A stretch of DNA of 64,000 bases, from the NCBI GenBank assembly GCA_965203805.1, contig OZ241917.1, positions 1,696,001 to 1,760,000 on the forward strand, read 5' to 3'. Below are positions 47,750-57,568 of the stretch, piece by piece. Position numbers and translations under genes: made by a program. This DNA is from Candidatus Latescibacterota bacterium (GTDB taxonomy: Bacteria; Latescibacterota; UBA2968; GCA-2709665). The notes under the pieces were generated by a model. It worked only from the letters and a program-made list of their open reading frames with translations, was not told the origin of the DNA and did not search any database. Positions within the stretch are counted from its first letter, which is position 1. Every line of letters starts with the position of its first letter.

Positions 47750-49216
47750 CTACCCGCCCTTTCCCGCACGCAGCACGGGCTTCCGTGCGGCCGTTGCTTC
47801 GTCCAGACGCCGAACGGGCGTGTGGTGCGGTGCGCTGTGCAACAGTTCGGGGGTTTTTTCTGCTTCGTCGGCAATACGGATCATGGCCTCGACAAATTCG
47901 TCGATCTGTTCCAGGCTTTCTGTCTCCGTGGGTTCAATCAGCATCGCTTCCGGCGCAACCCTCGGCAGCGGAAAATAAATCGTGGGCGGATGATGGCCAT
48001 AGTCGATCAGTCTCTTGGCGATATCCAGGGCGCTTACGCCACTGGTCTTCTTCTGCCGCGACGCCGAGAACACCATTTCGTGCATGGGCTGCGCCGATTT
48101 GGGTCGATCGAAGGTACCATCCAGCCGGCTGGCGATGTAATTCGCGTTCAGAACGGCCATTTCGCTTGTTCGCCGCATGCCTTCCGCACCCAGCATTCTG
48201 GCGTAGACGTAGGCGCGGATCACCATCCCGAAATTCCCAAAGAACGTACTGACCTTGCCGATCGACCGGGGGAGATCGTAGTCCAGTCCGAAGCGATCGC
48301 CTTCTCTCTTGACGACGGGGACAGGCAGATAGGGCAGTAGCGCTTCCTTTACACCGACCGGCCCGGACCCCGGACCGCCGCCCCCATGCGGCGTCGTGAA
48401 GGTCTTGTGCAAGTTGATGTGGACGACGTCGAAACCCATGTCTCCTGGCCGGCATTGTCCAAGGAATGCGTTTAGATTGGCGCCGTCGTAATAGAGCAAC
48501 CCGCCGCCGTCGTGGACCACCTGCTGGATTTCCAGGATTTCATCCTCGAAAACGCCGAAGGTATTGGGGTTGGTCAGCATCAATCCCGCGACCCGATGGT
48601 TCATCTTTGCTTTCAGATCCGCGACAGCGACGGTCCCGCGGTCCGTAGACTTCAACGTTTCCACCTGAAAGCCGCACATCGCCGCGGTCGCGGGGTTTGT
48701 TCCGTGGGCTGAATCCGGGATCAGCACGATCTGCCTGCGATCCTGCCTCTCGCGGTGGTACGCCGCGATCAAAGAGATGCCGACGAATTCACCCTGCGCT
48801 CCGGCAGCCGGCTGAAACGTGAAACCGTCCATTCCCGTTACGGCGGCCAATATCCCGTCCATTTCCCACAGGACGCGTAACGCCGCCTGGGAGGAAACTG
48901 CGTCCGCGAGGGGGTGCAATCCCGCGAAATCGGGCAGACGTGCGGCGCGTTCGTGTATCTTGGGATTGTACTTCATCGTACATGAACCCAGCGGATAGAA
49001 CGCGGTATCAATACTGAAGTTCATGGACGAAAGATTCACGTAATGCCGTACCAGTTCCAGTTCGCTGACTTCCGGCAGCGCGGGTGCGTCTTTCCGGTAC
49101 ATTTCGTCCGGTATGGGTACTGCCGGATCGCCCGCATCCGGGAATGTCGCACAACGCCGCCCCGACTCACCGCGCTCAAATATCAGCAGATCCCGATCCA
49201 TCAGAGTTCTCTCCAT
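47750..49216 (-). CDS. gcvPB: Glycine dehydrogenase subunit 2
   Basis: YPLGSCTMKYNP, SAHGTNPA, YYDGAN and HINLHKTFTTPHGGGGPG motifs. Confidence 0.96.
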   Translation of the reverse strand: MERTLMDRDLLIFERGESGRRCATFPDAGDPAVPIPDEMYRKDAPALPEVSELELVRHYVNLSSMNFSIDTAFYPLGSCTMKYNPKIHERAARLPDFAGLHPLADAVSSQAALRVLWEMDGILAAVTGMDGFTFQPAAGAQGEFVGISLIAAYHRERQDRRQIVLIPDSAHGTNPATAAMCGFQVETLKSTDRGTVAVADLKAKMNHRVAGLMLTNPNTFGVFEDEILEIQQVVHDGGGLLYYDGANLNAFLGQCRPGDMGFDVVHINLHKTFTTPHGGGGPGSGPVGVKEALLPYLPVPVVKREGDRFGLDYDLPRSIGKVSTFFGNFGMVIRAYVYARMLGAEGMRRTSEMAVLNANYIASRLDGTFDRPKSAQPMHEMVFSASRQKKTSGVSALDIAKRLIDYGHHPPTIYFPLPRVAPEAMLIEPTETESLEQIDEFVEAMIRIADEAEKTPELLHSAPHHTPVRRLDEATAARKPVLRAGKGG

Positions 49217-50538
49217 GCCTCAACCAGTCGCGCCACATCCGCTCCGGTCTTCGTTTCGGTCACACATGTCAGAACGCACCGCTCCAATTCGGGGAAGAAC
49301 CGTCCCAGATCGATGCCGCCGGCGATGCCCTTTTCCCGCAACGACTGCAGCGCTTCACGCGCAGGACGGGGCGTTTCAATTACGAACTCGTTGAACGACG
49401 CACCGGAGAACTTCACGGATAGCCCATCGACGTCGCTCAGAGCGGACGCGGCTTCGTGACTGCGGTTCCAGTTCAACGTTCCCACTTCCCGCAGACCATC
49501 CGGACCCAGCGATGCAAGATAGACAGTCGCGGCTGTCGCGCACAGCGTCTGATTCGTGCAGATATTCGAGGTCGCCCGTTCCCGGCGAATGTGCTGTTCG
49601 CGCGTCTGAAGCGTCATCACGAACCCCCGCCTCCCGTCCGCGTCGGTCGTCTGACCGACCACCCGCCCGGGCATGCGTCGAATATGCCGGTCCCGCGTGG
49701 CGAACATTCCCACGTAGGGACCCCCGTAGGACAACGGCAGACCCAGAGGCTGACCGTCGCCCACGACAATGTCCGCTCCGAAGTCTCCCGGCGGCCGGAT
49801 CACCCCCAGAGAAATCGGATTCACCGCCGCGACATATGCGGTTTTGCGATTCTGCAACAGGCTTCCCAATGCTTCCAGCGGTTCCAGCACGCCCACAAAA
49901 TTCGGATTCTGCACAACGACCGCGGCGGTGTCGTCGTTCAACTCCGACTCGACCCGTTCCAGGTCGATCGTTCCCGCATCCGTCCAGGGAATTTCCGCCA
50001 ATTCCAATCCGATGCCGTGTACATACGTCTCGACGACACGCCGGTAAAAGGGGTGGAGGCTGCGCGGCAGCAGTACCCGGCCGCCGTCGTTAATCCTCAC
50101 AGCCATCATCACTGCCTCCGCCAGGGCGGACGCACCGTCGTACATGGAGGCATTGGCCACCTCCATGCCGGTCAATTCGCAGACCATCGTCTGGAATTCG
50201 AAAATCGCCCGCAGCGTACCCTGGCTCACCTCCGCCTGATATGGCGTATACGCCGTGTAGAACTCGCTGCGCGAAATCATCGCATCGACGACGCTGGGCG
50301 TAAAATGCTCGTAGGCGCCACCGCCCACGAACGAAAGCGCGGGCGCCTGCTCCCGCGCTGATCGGGCGAGATCCTGCACCAGGCCCAACGCCTCCATTTC
50401 GCTGACCCCGGCGGGCAGATCCAGGGATGACAGCCGAAGGGTCTCCGGGACCGGATCAAATAACGCCGCTGTTGAATCGATCCCGATCGTTTCCAGCATC
50501 TTCTGTATATCTTGATCCGTATGCGGAGTATAATTCAC
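49201..50538 (-). CDS. gcvPA: Glycine dehydrogenase subunit 1
   Basis: EFYTAYTPYQAE, NASMYDG and QTREQHIRRERATSNICTNQ motifs. Confidence 0.96.
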   Translation of the reverse strand: MNYTPHTDQDIQKMLETIGIDSTAALFDPVPETLRLSSLDLPAGVSEMEALGLVQDLARSAREQAPALSFVGGGAYEHFTPSVVDAMISRSEFYTAYTPYQAEVSQGTLRAIFEFQTMVCELTGMEVANASMYDGASALAEAVMMAVRINDGGRVLLPRSLHPFYRRVVETYVHGIGLELAEIPWTDAGTIDLERVESELNDDTAAVVVQNPNFVGVLEPLEALGSLLQNRKTAYVAAVNPISLGVIRPPGDFGADIVVGDGQPLGLPLSYGGPYVGMFATRDRHIRRMPGRVVGQTTDADGRRGFVMTLQTREQHIRRERATSNICTNQTLCATAATVYLASLGPDGLREVGTLNWNRSHEAASALSDVDGLSVKFSGASFNEFVIETPRPAREALQSLREKGIAGGIDLGRFFPELERCVLTCVTETKTGADVARLVEAWREL

Positions 50539-50575
50539 TGGCAGAACCTCGAATATTGAAACGGTTCAGCGGTTT

Positions 50576-51304
50576 CTATCTCTTCCGATAGGTATAATCC
50601 AAAGCATCTCCGGGTTGCCACCCCAGAATCCGCTTTGCTTTCTCGTTTGAAAACTGCCCGTGCGGGCGATCACTGAAAATATTGAACGCCTCGCAACGCG
50701 ACGGCAATTCGTCCAGTTCGATGGTCAACCCGGGCACGAACGCCGCGGCCGCGTCGCGCCAGGATACCAGAAACGACCGGTCCCGGGCCGGCTCCGTCGA
50801 CACGTCGTGATCCCGGAAGATGTAGAACAGATAACACAACACGTAGACGTCGCAATGCAACGTAAAGATCCGGCAGATTTCCTGGCCCAGCCCCTTGGAC
50901 AGCGCATACAGATTCGTACCTGGCTTCGGCGGCACGTCCGGGCCGATTCCATGGTCCCACGCCTCATAGGGTGCGCCCTGTACTGTAAAATGCGGACCCG
51001 TGTTGATGACTCGCCGGATCCCGTTCCTGACCGCCGCGCGCATGATGTTGTAACACCCGAGCGTGTTGACGTCGAATGCGACCTTTCGATGCGGCCGTAA
51101 GACGGACAGGTTGATGATCGCATCCATTCCCTCGGCCGCGCGCATCACCGCATCCGGGTCCGCCACGTCCACGGGCATCATCTCGTGCGGGGTGTCGAAC
51201 GGGTCCAGATCCGTTATGCGCAGCGAAACGTGCTCCTCCAGGGCCTTCACGACATGAGGCCCCAGCATGCCGTTGCCGCCATAAATCACAACCTTCATTT
51301 CCAT
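50576..51304 (-). CDS. NAD-dependent epimerase/dehydrogenase (extended SDR), paralog 1
   Basis: GGNGMLG and YALSK motifs. Start at MEMKVV. Confidence 0.85.
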   Translation of the reverse strand: MEMKVVIYGGNGMLGPHVVKALEEHVSLRITDLDPFDTPHEMMPVDVADPDAVMRAAEGMDAIINLSVLRPHRKVAFDVNTLGCYNIMRAAVRNGIRRVINTGPHFTVQGAPYEAWDHGIGPDVPPKPGTNLYALSKGLGQEICRIFTLHCDVYVLCYLFYIFRDHDVSTEPARDRSFLVSWRDAAAAFVPGLTIELDELPSRCEAFNIFSDRPHGQFSNEKAKRILGWQPGDALDYTYRKR

Positions 51305-51384
51305 CTCCAATCGCGCCCGGACATCCGTGGCGTTTGCGGCGCGCCGTATGATGTACCGGCGCCGGCCCGCGGATTCCCGGTTAT

Positions 51385-52119
51385 TTATTTTTTCATATAC
51401 GTGTATTCGAGCCCGTCTCTCGGCTGCCACCCCAGGATCCGTCTGGCCTTCGCGTTCGTAAAGTGCCCGTGCGGCCGGTCGCCGAGAATATTGAATACCT
51501 CGCATCTTGACGACAGACGCTCCAGTGGAATTTTCAATCCGGGTAGGAACGCGTCGGCGGCATCCCGCCACGTCACAATGAATGACCGGTCCTGAACCGG
51601 TTTCGAGGACGGGTCGTGACCGCGAAAACTCCAGAACAGGTAACACAGCACGTACACGTCGAAGTTCGAGGTGAAGATCCGGCAGATTTCCTGGCCCAAT
51701 CCCTTGGACAGCACATACAGACCCGTTCCGGGCCTGGGGGGCACGTCCGGACCGATGTGATAGTCCCAGTGCATGTAGGGGTCGCCCTGTACGGTAAAGT
51801 ACGGCCCCGTGTTGATGACCCGCCGGATCCCGTTCCTCACGGCCGCGCGCATCACGTTGTAGCATCCCAGGGTATTCACGTCGAACGCGATTTTTCGATG
51901 CGGCCGCAGAACGGACAGGTTGATGATCACGTCCATCCCTTCCGCCGCGCGCAAGACGGCCTCCGGGTCCGCCACGTCCACGGGCATCATCTCGTGGGAC
52001 GTCTCGAACGGCTCCAGGTCCGTGATCCGCAGGGACACGCGCCCTTCCAGCGCCTTTACGACATGCGGCCCCAGCATCCCGTTACCGCCGTAGATCACGA
52101 CTTTCATATTCGTCTCCAT
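51385..52119 (-). CDS. NAD-dependent epimerase/dehydrogenase, paralog 2
   Basis: GGNGMLG and YVLSK motifs; closely similar to paralog 1. Confidence 0.85.
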   Translation of the reverse strand: METNMKVVIYGGNGMLGPHVVKALEGRVSLRITDLEPFETSHEMMPVDVADPEAVLRAAEGMDVIINLSVLRPHRKIAFDVNTLGCYNVMRAAVRNGIRRVINTGPYFTVQGDPYMHWDYHIGPDVPPRPGTGLYVLSKGLGQEICRIFTSNFDVYVLCYLFWSFRGHDPSSKPVQDRSFIVTWRDAADAFLPGLKIPLERLSSRCEVFNILGDRPHGHFTNAKARRILGWQPRDGLEYTYMKK

Positions 52120-52139
52120 CGTCACGCGGTGCTGACAAT

Positions 52140-52784
52140 TCAGATACCGAGGGCTTCTTTGGCCTGGTCGATGGGAAACCTTGCGTTTTCAACCTCGGAC
52201 TGCACGTGCAGCACCCGCCACATGGGCCCGTCTTTCTCAAGCGCCCCGTTAATGGCACGGACCGCGTCGCCAACGGTCAACGCCGTATCGCCTTCGCCTC
52301 CCACGTCGCCGAACCGCAGGCACGTCACGCGCACCGAATGTTCCCGCGCAAATTCCCTGCACGTGAATTCACCCAGGTACTTCGCCATCGGGGCGGCATC
52401 CGTGGTCGGGCGCGGCGCCCACTGCTCCGTCACGATCCAGTTCGGGTCGCAGGCCGCAAACAGACTCAGCGAGCTGATGTAGACCACGTGGCCGACCTTT
52501 TTCTCCCGGGCGCCAACCATCAGATTGTAGGTACACCGCGTATGGAAATCGACTTCTCGCTCGTCGTTCCTCAGCCCGTCCGGCAACTCCGCGAGATGCA
52601 CGATCGCATCCATACCGTCCACCAGGGATTCCGTCTCTCCCTCGTGGCCCAATTCGCACTGACGAAAGGGAAACTTCGTGGTCACGTCCGAGACATCGGT
52701 CAACGTCACTTCGTGCTGCCGCGACAGGTCCTCCGCCAGGGCCTGGGCCAGCGACGTACCTCCCGAGGTAATCAGAACTTTCAT
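52140..52784 (-). CDS. Divergent NAD-dependent epimerase-like protein
   Basis: MKVLITSGG, DAIVHLA, VVYISS; the YxxxK motif is degenerate (PMAKY). Confidence 0.75.
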   Translation of the reverse strand: MKVLITSGGTSLAQALAEDLSRQHEVTLTDVSDVTTKFPFRQCELGHEGETESLVDGMDAIVHLAELPDGLRNDEREVDFHTRCTYNLMVGAREKKVGHVVYISSLSLFAACDPNWIVTEQWAPRPTTDAAPMAKYLGEFTCREFAREHSVRVTCLRFGDVGGEGDTALTVGDAVRAINGALEKDGPMWRVLHVQSEVENARFPIDQAKEALGI

Positions 52785-52902
52785 AAATCACGCTCCTGTA
52801 TTTGGTAACTCAATCTTGCCGTGTGCAGGGATACCTATTTCGCCAATTAAGGCAGGCAGTTCGGCCGTAACGGCCGCATTCCACTCCCATGCAAATCGCG
52901 AG

Positions 52903-53226
52903 CTACACGGCAACCACGCGTCTTTGTCCCTCGCCGCTATCTGACGGAATGATACGGATCTCGATATCGCGATTCAGGCGAGTAAGAAATGTCATTAACC
53001 GGTCAACGCTGTAATGATTGAACTTTCCCCTCTTCAGCCGGGATATTTCAGGCTGTTTCACCCCAAGGATTTCCGCCGCCTCAGCCTGGGTCAGATTCCG
53101 TTTTCCGATTATCTGAAAGACCTCAAAACCGAGTGTTGCCTTGAGAAACAACGCTTCCGCGTCTGGTAAGTCCAGATCCTGAAACACGTTTCCTGAACTT
53201 TTCTCGATCTTGATCCTATCGCTCAT
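52903..53226 (-). CDS. XRE-family HTH antitoxin (HigA-like)
   Basis: SSGNVFQDL and LTQAEAAEILGVKQPEISRL; overlaps the toxin stop codon. Confidence 0.88.
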   Translation of the reverse strand: MSDRIKIEKSSGNVFQDLDLPDAEALFLKATLGFEVFQIIGKRNLTQAEAAEILGVKQPEISRLKRGKFNHYSVDRLMTFLTRLNRDIEIRIIPSDSGEGQRRVVAV

Positions 53227-53584
53227 AGTCCGCCTCCAGCTCCAGCGCCTTTCTCAGGCGTCGCCTGATCAGATCGACCTCTCTCAAGGGAGTCCTGGCT
53301 CCACGTGTTGATTTTTTCTGAAAACAATGCAATACATAAACCCTCGCGCCAATCTTTACTGCGTAGACCGCGCGAAAAGCGTCCGTTTTATGATCCGCCC
53401 GAATCTCAAAGACGCCTGAGCCAACGCCCTTAAATGGTTTGGCCGCGGGAGACATGCTGCCCGCCTGCGCGATAAACAGAGCGTCACCGATATCTTTCTG
53501 AACCTGCGCCGGAAACTCCTTCAGCCTGGTTCTGGAGTCTCCAATCCAAAAGACCGTCCTCAAATTTTCTCGAGCACGAGACAT
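53216..53584 (-). CDS. RelE/HigB-like toxin (Gp49-like)
   Basis: KPFKGVGSGVFEIR, FRAVY and VLHCFQKKS; toxin-first gene order. Confidence 0.88.
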   Translation of the reverse strand: MSRARENLRTVFWIGDSRTRLKEFPAQVQKDIGDALFIAQAGSMSPAAKPFKGVGSGVFEIRADHKTDAFRAVYAVKIGARVYVLHCFQKKSTRGARTPLREVDLIRRRLRKALELEADYER

Positions 53585-53589
53585 TAAAT

Positions 53590-53618
53590 ATTATAACCAA
53601 ATGGATATAAATTGTCAA
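53590..53618 (-). promoter_or_regulatory. Consensus promoter plus palindromic operator of the TA operon
   Basis: TTGACA-17-TATAAT; inverted repeat TTATAACCA-AA-TGGATATAA (53591-53610) overlaps the spacer and -10. Confidence 0.85.
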
Positions 53619-53718
53619 GCGATGCGTCAATTGCACGGTCCGGGCGGCCGGTGTATCAGAGACGAGAGGTGTCCGGCCGAACAAACAGAATCCGGACGTT
53701 CGATCGGGCATCGCGGGT

Positions 53719-54237
53719 TCAAAGGTACTGATAGTATGTTACCTGGGGCTGCGCAATGTTGAATCCCACTTTCTTGTAGGCGCGGCGGGCGGGCGCGTGG
53801 CCCACGTCCAGCCCCGTCCCCACGGCGGCGAACCGAAGGCCTTCAGTTCGAAAAAGGTCCAATGCGTACCGATACATCGCCGTACCGATTCCATTCCCCT
53901 GGGTTTCAGGGGCTACCGCATTGTTCGTGATTCTACCCAGGGACTTTCCGCGATCGATCGAAAACGTCAGGAATGCGACCACCTGCCCAGTCTGTGCCAT
54001 GACGACAACCCGGAACCAGTCGGGATGTCGCTTCCAGTGTCCCTGCACCGCAGCCGTCTTTTCCGCCTCCCAGTTCTCACACAGCAGGGCGTGCATTTCT
54101 TCGCCCATGATCTCAACGCTACTGTCGTGAATCCGCTGCCACGCCTGCCTGGCAATCTCGCCCACCCGATCCATATCCTCACGCACCGCATGTCGGATTT
54201 GAAACCCCGGGGCCAGCTCGGCGTTGTGGCGGCTCAT
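53719..54237 (-). CDS. GNAT N-acetyltransferase
   Basis: AVAPETQGNGIG and PARRAYKKVGF motifs. Start at MSRHN. Confidence 0.85.
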   Translation of the reverse strand: MSRHNAELAPGFQIRHAVREDMDRVGEIARQAWQRIHDSSVEIMGEEMHALLCENWEAEKTAAVQGHWKRHPDWFRVVVMAQTGQVVAFLTFSIDRGKSLGRITNNAVAPETQGNGIGTAMYRYALDLFRTEGLRFAAVGTGLDVGHAPARRAYKKVGFNIAQPQVTYYQYL

Positions 54238-54419
54238 CAGACCTCCTGGCAACTCTCGATTTCCTTGTGGATAATGCCGCTCGTATCCACTGGGCAGGTA
54301 CACGGCATTTTGGAGCCGGCCTCGCCATTCCACAACTACAAAGGCGTTGACTTTCCACGGCGACGCGATATCTTGAAATCGAACCCTGCCACCGGAAAGG
54401 TACGAAAGGAGCGCGTCGC

Positions 54420-55184
54420 ATGAAACTGGGAATTGTCACCTACCAGATCGCCAAGGACTGGGATGTGCCGGCATTGCTCGATATGTGCCGAACAACGGGA
54501 ATCCAGGGCGTCGAACTTCGCACCACCCACGCCCACGGCGTGGAAATCGGCCTCTCGACGGGCGAACGTGCCGCTGTCAGAGGCCGGTTCGAAGACGCGG
54601 GCATCGATATCGTCGGACTCGGAAGCGTCTACGAATACCATGCACCCGATCCCGAAACCGTGCGTCAGAACATCGACGGTACCATTGAATATGCAAGACT
54701 CGCCGCGGACCTGGGGTGTCCGGGCGTTAAGGTGCGTCCAAACGGACTGCAGACGGAAAGAGGCATTCCGGAAGAGCAGACCCTCGAACAGATCGGGCTG
54801 GCCCTAAGGGAATGCGGCCAGGCCGCCGAGGGTCTGGGCGTTCAGATCCGGGTTGAAGTCCACGGCAGGGACACCTGCGAACCCCGGCGCATGCGCCGCA
54901 TTATGGACCATGCCGACCACGAGAACGTCTGGATCTGCTGGAATTCGAACCCCCAGGACGTCGTCGACGGTTCGGTCAAGACGGGTTTCGACCTCCTGAA
55001 ACACCGGCTCGGGCTCGTGCACATCAACGAACTGCACAAAGCCGAATACCCGTGGCGCGAACTGTTCGGGCTCCTGAAGGCCGAAGGATATGACGGATAC
55101 ACGCTTGCTGAAATCCCCGACAGCCCGGAGCCGGAACGCCTGTTGCGCTACTATCGCGCGCTCTGGCAGGCCCTGACGGCCTGA
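54420..55184 (+). CDS. Sugar phosphate isomerase/epimerase (xylose-isomerase-like TIM barrel)
   Basis: GVELR, RVEVHG, LVHINEL and YTLAE motifs; AAGGAG SD. Confidence 0.85.
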   Translation: MKLGIVTYQIAKDWDVPALLDMCRTTGIQGVELRTTHAHGVEIGLSTGERAAVRGRFEDAGIDIVGLGSVYEYHAPDPETVRQNIDGTIEYARLAADLGCPGVKVRPNGLQTERGIPEEQTLEQIGLALRECGQAAEGLGVQIRVEVHGRDTCEPRRMRRIMDHADHENVWICWNSNPQDVVDGSVKTGFDLLKHRLGLVHINELHKAEYPWRELFGLLKAEGYDGYTLAEIPDSPEPERLLRYYRALWQALTA

Positions 55185-55262
55185 TCCGGCGTACGGCATC
55201 GTACTGCGCTGGCGCGGGGCGGTGCCATGCGTATTGACGTTCGTACCACGGAACTTCCACAT

Positions 55263-56567
55263 TCATGCCCGAACCTCCCCCGTTTTCAGCCCGAAGTTGA
55301 TGCGGTTGTCATTCAGAATTGATACCGCACGTCCTGGCGAAACATCAACTACTGACCCATCCGATTTAGTCATCGTCCATGCTTCTGTGGTCAGATTTCG
55401 CAGGCCGAAAAGATTTCGAACTTGTGAATTCTGAACGACTTCCGCGATCGGCGTGTCGTCATCGCGGGCCTGACCGACGTGGTAGCCGAACAGTCGGGTG
55501 GTGCGATTGAGTAGGATGATTTCGTCGTCAATTTTGATGCGCGGTGGGAGTACCAGCGGCTTCTTGCATGACCAGCAGCGCTTGCCGCCAGCGGGCGCGA
55601 CCGCAGGCTCATAGAAATTCTCGGCGCCGCATCCGCACCGCCAGATGCTGTTGATGGCACTGGCAAGAGCCTTCCGCCACTCCGACTCACGCACGCGCCT
55701 TGGCGGATAGCGCAATCCGTCCGTGAACGATCGCCGGAACAAATCGGCCAGAATTCCCGGGTACATGTCGCGAAAAGCGATGGGGTTGTCGTGTATCCCG
55801 GGAACAGGACGGTTGGAATCGTCCTTCGTATCCCAGATGTAGAGCGGATTAGATCCGTATAGTCGCTCGTAGGCAGGCACATCGAGACAGCGTATGTTTG
55901 CTTCAAGTTGACCGTCGAGGGGATGACCGCCGTACAAAAGAAAAAACAGAAGTACCGCCAGCGAGTAGAGATCGGTATCGGCAGACGGAGCTTGCTCTCG
56001 ACGAACCACCTCTGGGGCCATAAAACGTTGGGTACCCAGCACACTGCCCGTTTCGGCGCCCGTAATGTCAACGTTGTCGTTGTCGCAGATGCGGATATCG
56101 CCGGTCTTCGGATCAAAGAACACATTGGTAAAGGAAATGTCCCGATAGCAGAGGCCGTGGCTGTGGAGGCGGAGGAAGCCATCCGCGAGTTTTCTGCCAG
56201 CCGTGAGCAATGCACGCAATGATGGGTGGATCCGCCGTGCCATGAAATCTTCCACGCCGCGGAAGTTGGGCTCTCGAAGGGCCATGATGTAGCCGTACCG
56301 TTCTGACTGGATATCTTTTACCATCGCCATCGGCCACAGGAAGTGCGGTGCAGGCGAGCCTTTTTCAACCAACCGCTCAAGTACCGCTTTTTGTTCCACG
56401 GTAGACGTATTCCGGTGATATATCTTCACCGCGACGGCCTCTCCGCCGTCAGTGGCTTTCCAGACCTCGCCTTGTCCCCCCTGACCGAGCAGTCTATTGG
56501 CAGTGATGCGCGTTCCGTCTGTAATTTTCAGTAGTTCTGGCTTTCGCATTTGCGACTTCTCCATCAT
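55263..56567 (-). CDS. Ser/Thr protein kinase of a TerY-P triad (YegI-like) with Zn ribbon and C-terminal beta domain
   Basis: GQGGQGEV, AVKIY, YRDISFTN, DNDN, APE; CGCG...CWSC. Confidence 0.88.
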   Translation of the reverse strand: MMEKSQMRKPELLKITDGTRITANRLLGQGGQGEVWKATDGGEAVAVKIYHRNTSTVEQKAVLERLVEKGSPAPHFLWPMAMVKDIQSERYGYIMALREPNFRGVEDFMARRIHPSLRALLTAGRKLADGFLRLHSHGLCYRDISFTNVFFDPKTGDIRICDNDNVDITGAETGSVLGTQRFMAPEVVRREQAPSADTDLYSLAVLLFFLLYGGHPLDGQLEANIRCLDVPAYERLYGSNPLYIWDTKDDSNRPVPGIHDNPIAFRDMYPGILADLFRRSFTDGLRYPPRRVRESEWRKALASAINSIWRCGCGAENFYEPAVAPAGGKRCWSCKKPLVLPPRIKIDDEIILLNRTTRLFGYHVGQARDDDTPIAEVVQNSQVRNLFGLRNLTTEAWTMTKSDGSVVDVSPGRAVSILNDNRINFGLKTGEVRA

Positions 56568-57568
56568 TTCAAGATTGCTTTAGCCTTTACTGTTCCCACA
56601 ACCCTGCAGAGGGCATCTCGGATCCATCGTACGATCCAGTTGTTCGATGTTGCCTCCAGATTCCCCGTCGGCGACTCGTCTGATTCCATCTCCGCTGGCC
56701 TCTCCATCGAAGTCCGATTCGGCTCATTTTGCGGCGAATTTTCCGACGATATTATGGAGGAACCCGCAACAGTCTGGCTCGTTGATGGCGGCCAGTATAT
56801 TAGCGCAAGGCCGATGTCGTCACCAGCTCCCTGGGCGGTGGTCTGCTCAAGGAAACCCCGCAAGTTCAAGGCGGAGACCCCATTCTTGCGTATAAGGTTG
56901 AGATAATCGGGGCCAATCTGCCTGAACGCGGCGTCCGTCGGGTATGATTTGCTGTATCCATCGGTCGAAAGCACGAGGAGTGTCTCTCCAACAGGTGCAC
57001 GTAGGGCGCGCATACGAAGCGAGTACTCTGCCTCCGGAAGACACAGACTGGAAGTTTCGTCGGCGAACGCCGCAGGGTCGGCCGGTAGCAGGACTTCGGG
57101 TTTTCCATCCTTGGCGACGAGCAGAACATCGCCGTCTCCGAGTTGTCCAACCAACAGGAAGTCCGGCGTGGCTAAGGCGACTATGAGTGTCGATCCATAA
57201 TCCGAGAGCGGCGATTCGTCGTCGCCAGCCTTGGCGCGTACTTGCGCTTTCCATTCCCGGACGATGTGCATGCGGAGGGGATGTTCAGCGCACTTCCGTA
57301 CCTGCGTCAAATTTGAAGCGCGTTCACCGAGATCCGCGGCGAACCGCACGAGCGAGGTAAGCGCCACCTGGACTGCGAGTCGGGCGCCGACGTCGGCGTG
57401 TTTGCTCGTGCCATGGCCGTCAGCGACAGCCGCGACGACGGAGTCGGCGACCGCACAGACCCCCACCTCATCCTGGCAGGGTTTACCGGACCGCATGTGG
57501 TTCGCACCGATGACACGCTCAAAGGCGACTGCGGGTCGTCGGCCGGTTTCTCGACTACCAGACGTCAT
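56564..57568 (-). CDS. PP2C-like phosphatase of a TerY-P triad (YegK-like)
   Basis: IGANH, PCQD, VADGHG, GSTL, LGDG, LSTDG and GDD motifs. Start at MTSGSRE. Confidence 0.9.
   Translation of the reverse strand: MTSGSRETGRRPAVAFERVIGANHMRSGKPCQDEVGVCAVADSVVAAVADGHGTSKHADVGARLAVQVALTSLVRFAADLGERASNLTQVRKCAEHPLRMHIVREWKAQVRAKAGDDESPLSDYGSTLIVALATPDFLLVGQLGDGDVLLVAKDGKPEVLLPADPAAFADETSSLCLPEAEYSLRMRALRAPVGETLLVLSTDGYSKSYPTDAAFRQIGPDYLNLIRKNGVSALNLRGFLEQTTAQGAGDDIGLALIYWPPSTSQTVAGSSIISSENSPQNEPNRTSMERPAEMESDESPTGNLEATSNNWIVRWIRDALCRVVGTVKAKAILK

Noticed and set aside
47750-50538. gcvPA/PB without adjacent gcvT/gcvH
   Set aside because: Split gcv loci are common; the other genes may lie elsewhere in the genome.
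55185-55262. Possible att site at the left edge of the defence-like operon
   Set aside because: No tRNA end, integrase or identifiable direct repeat in the window; the other boundary is not visible.
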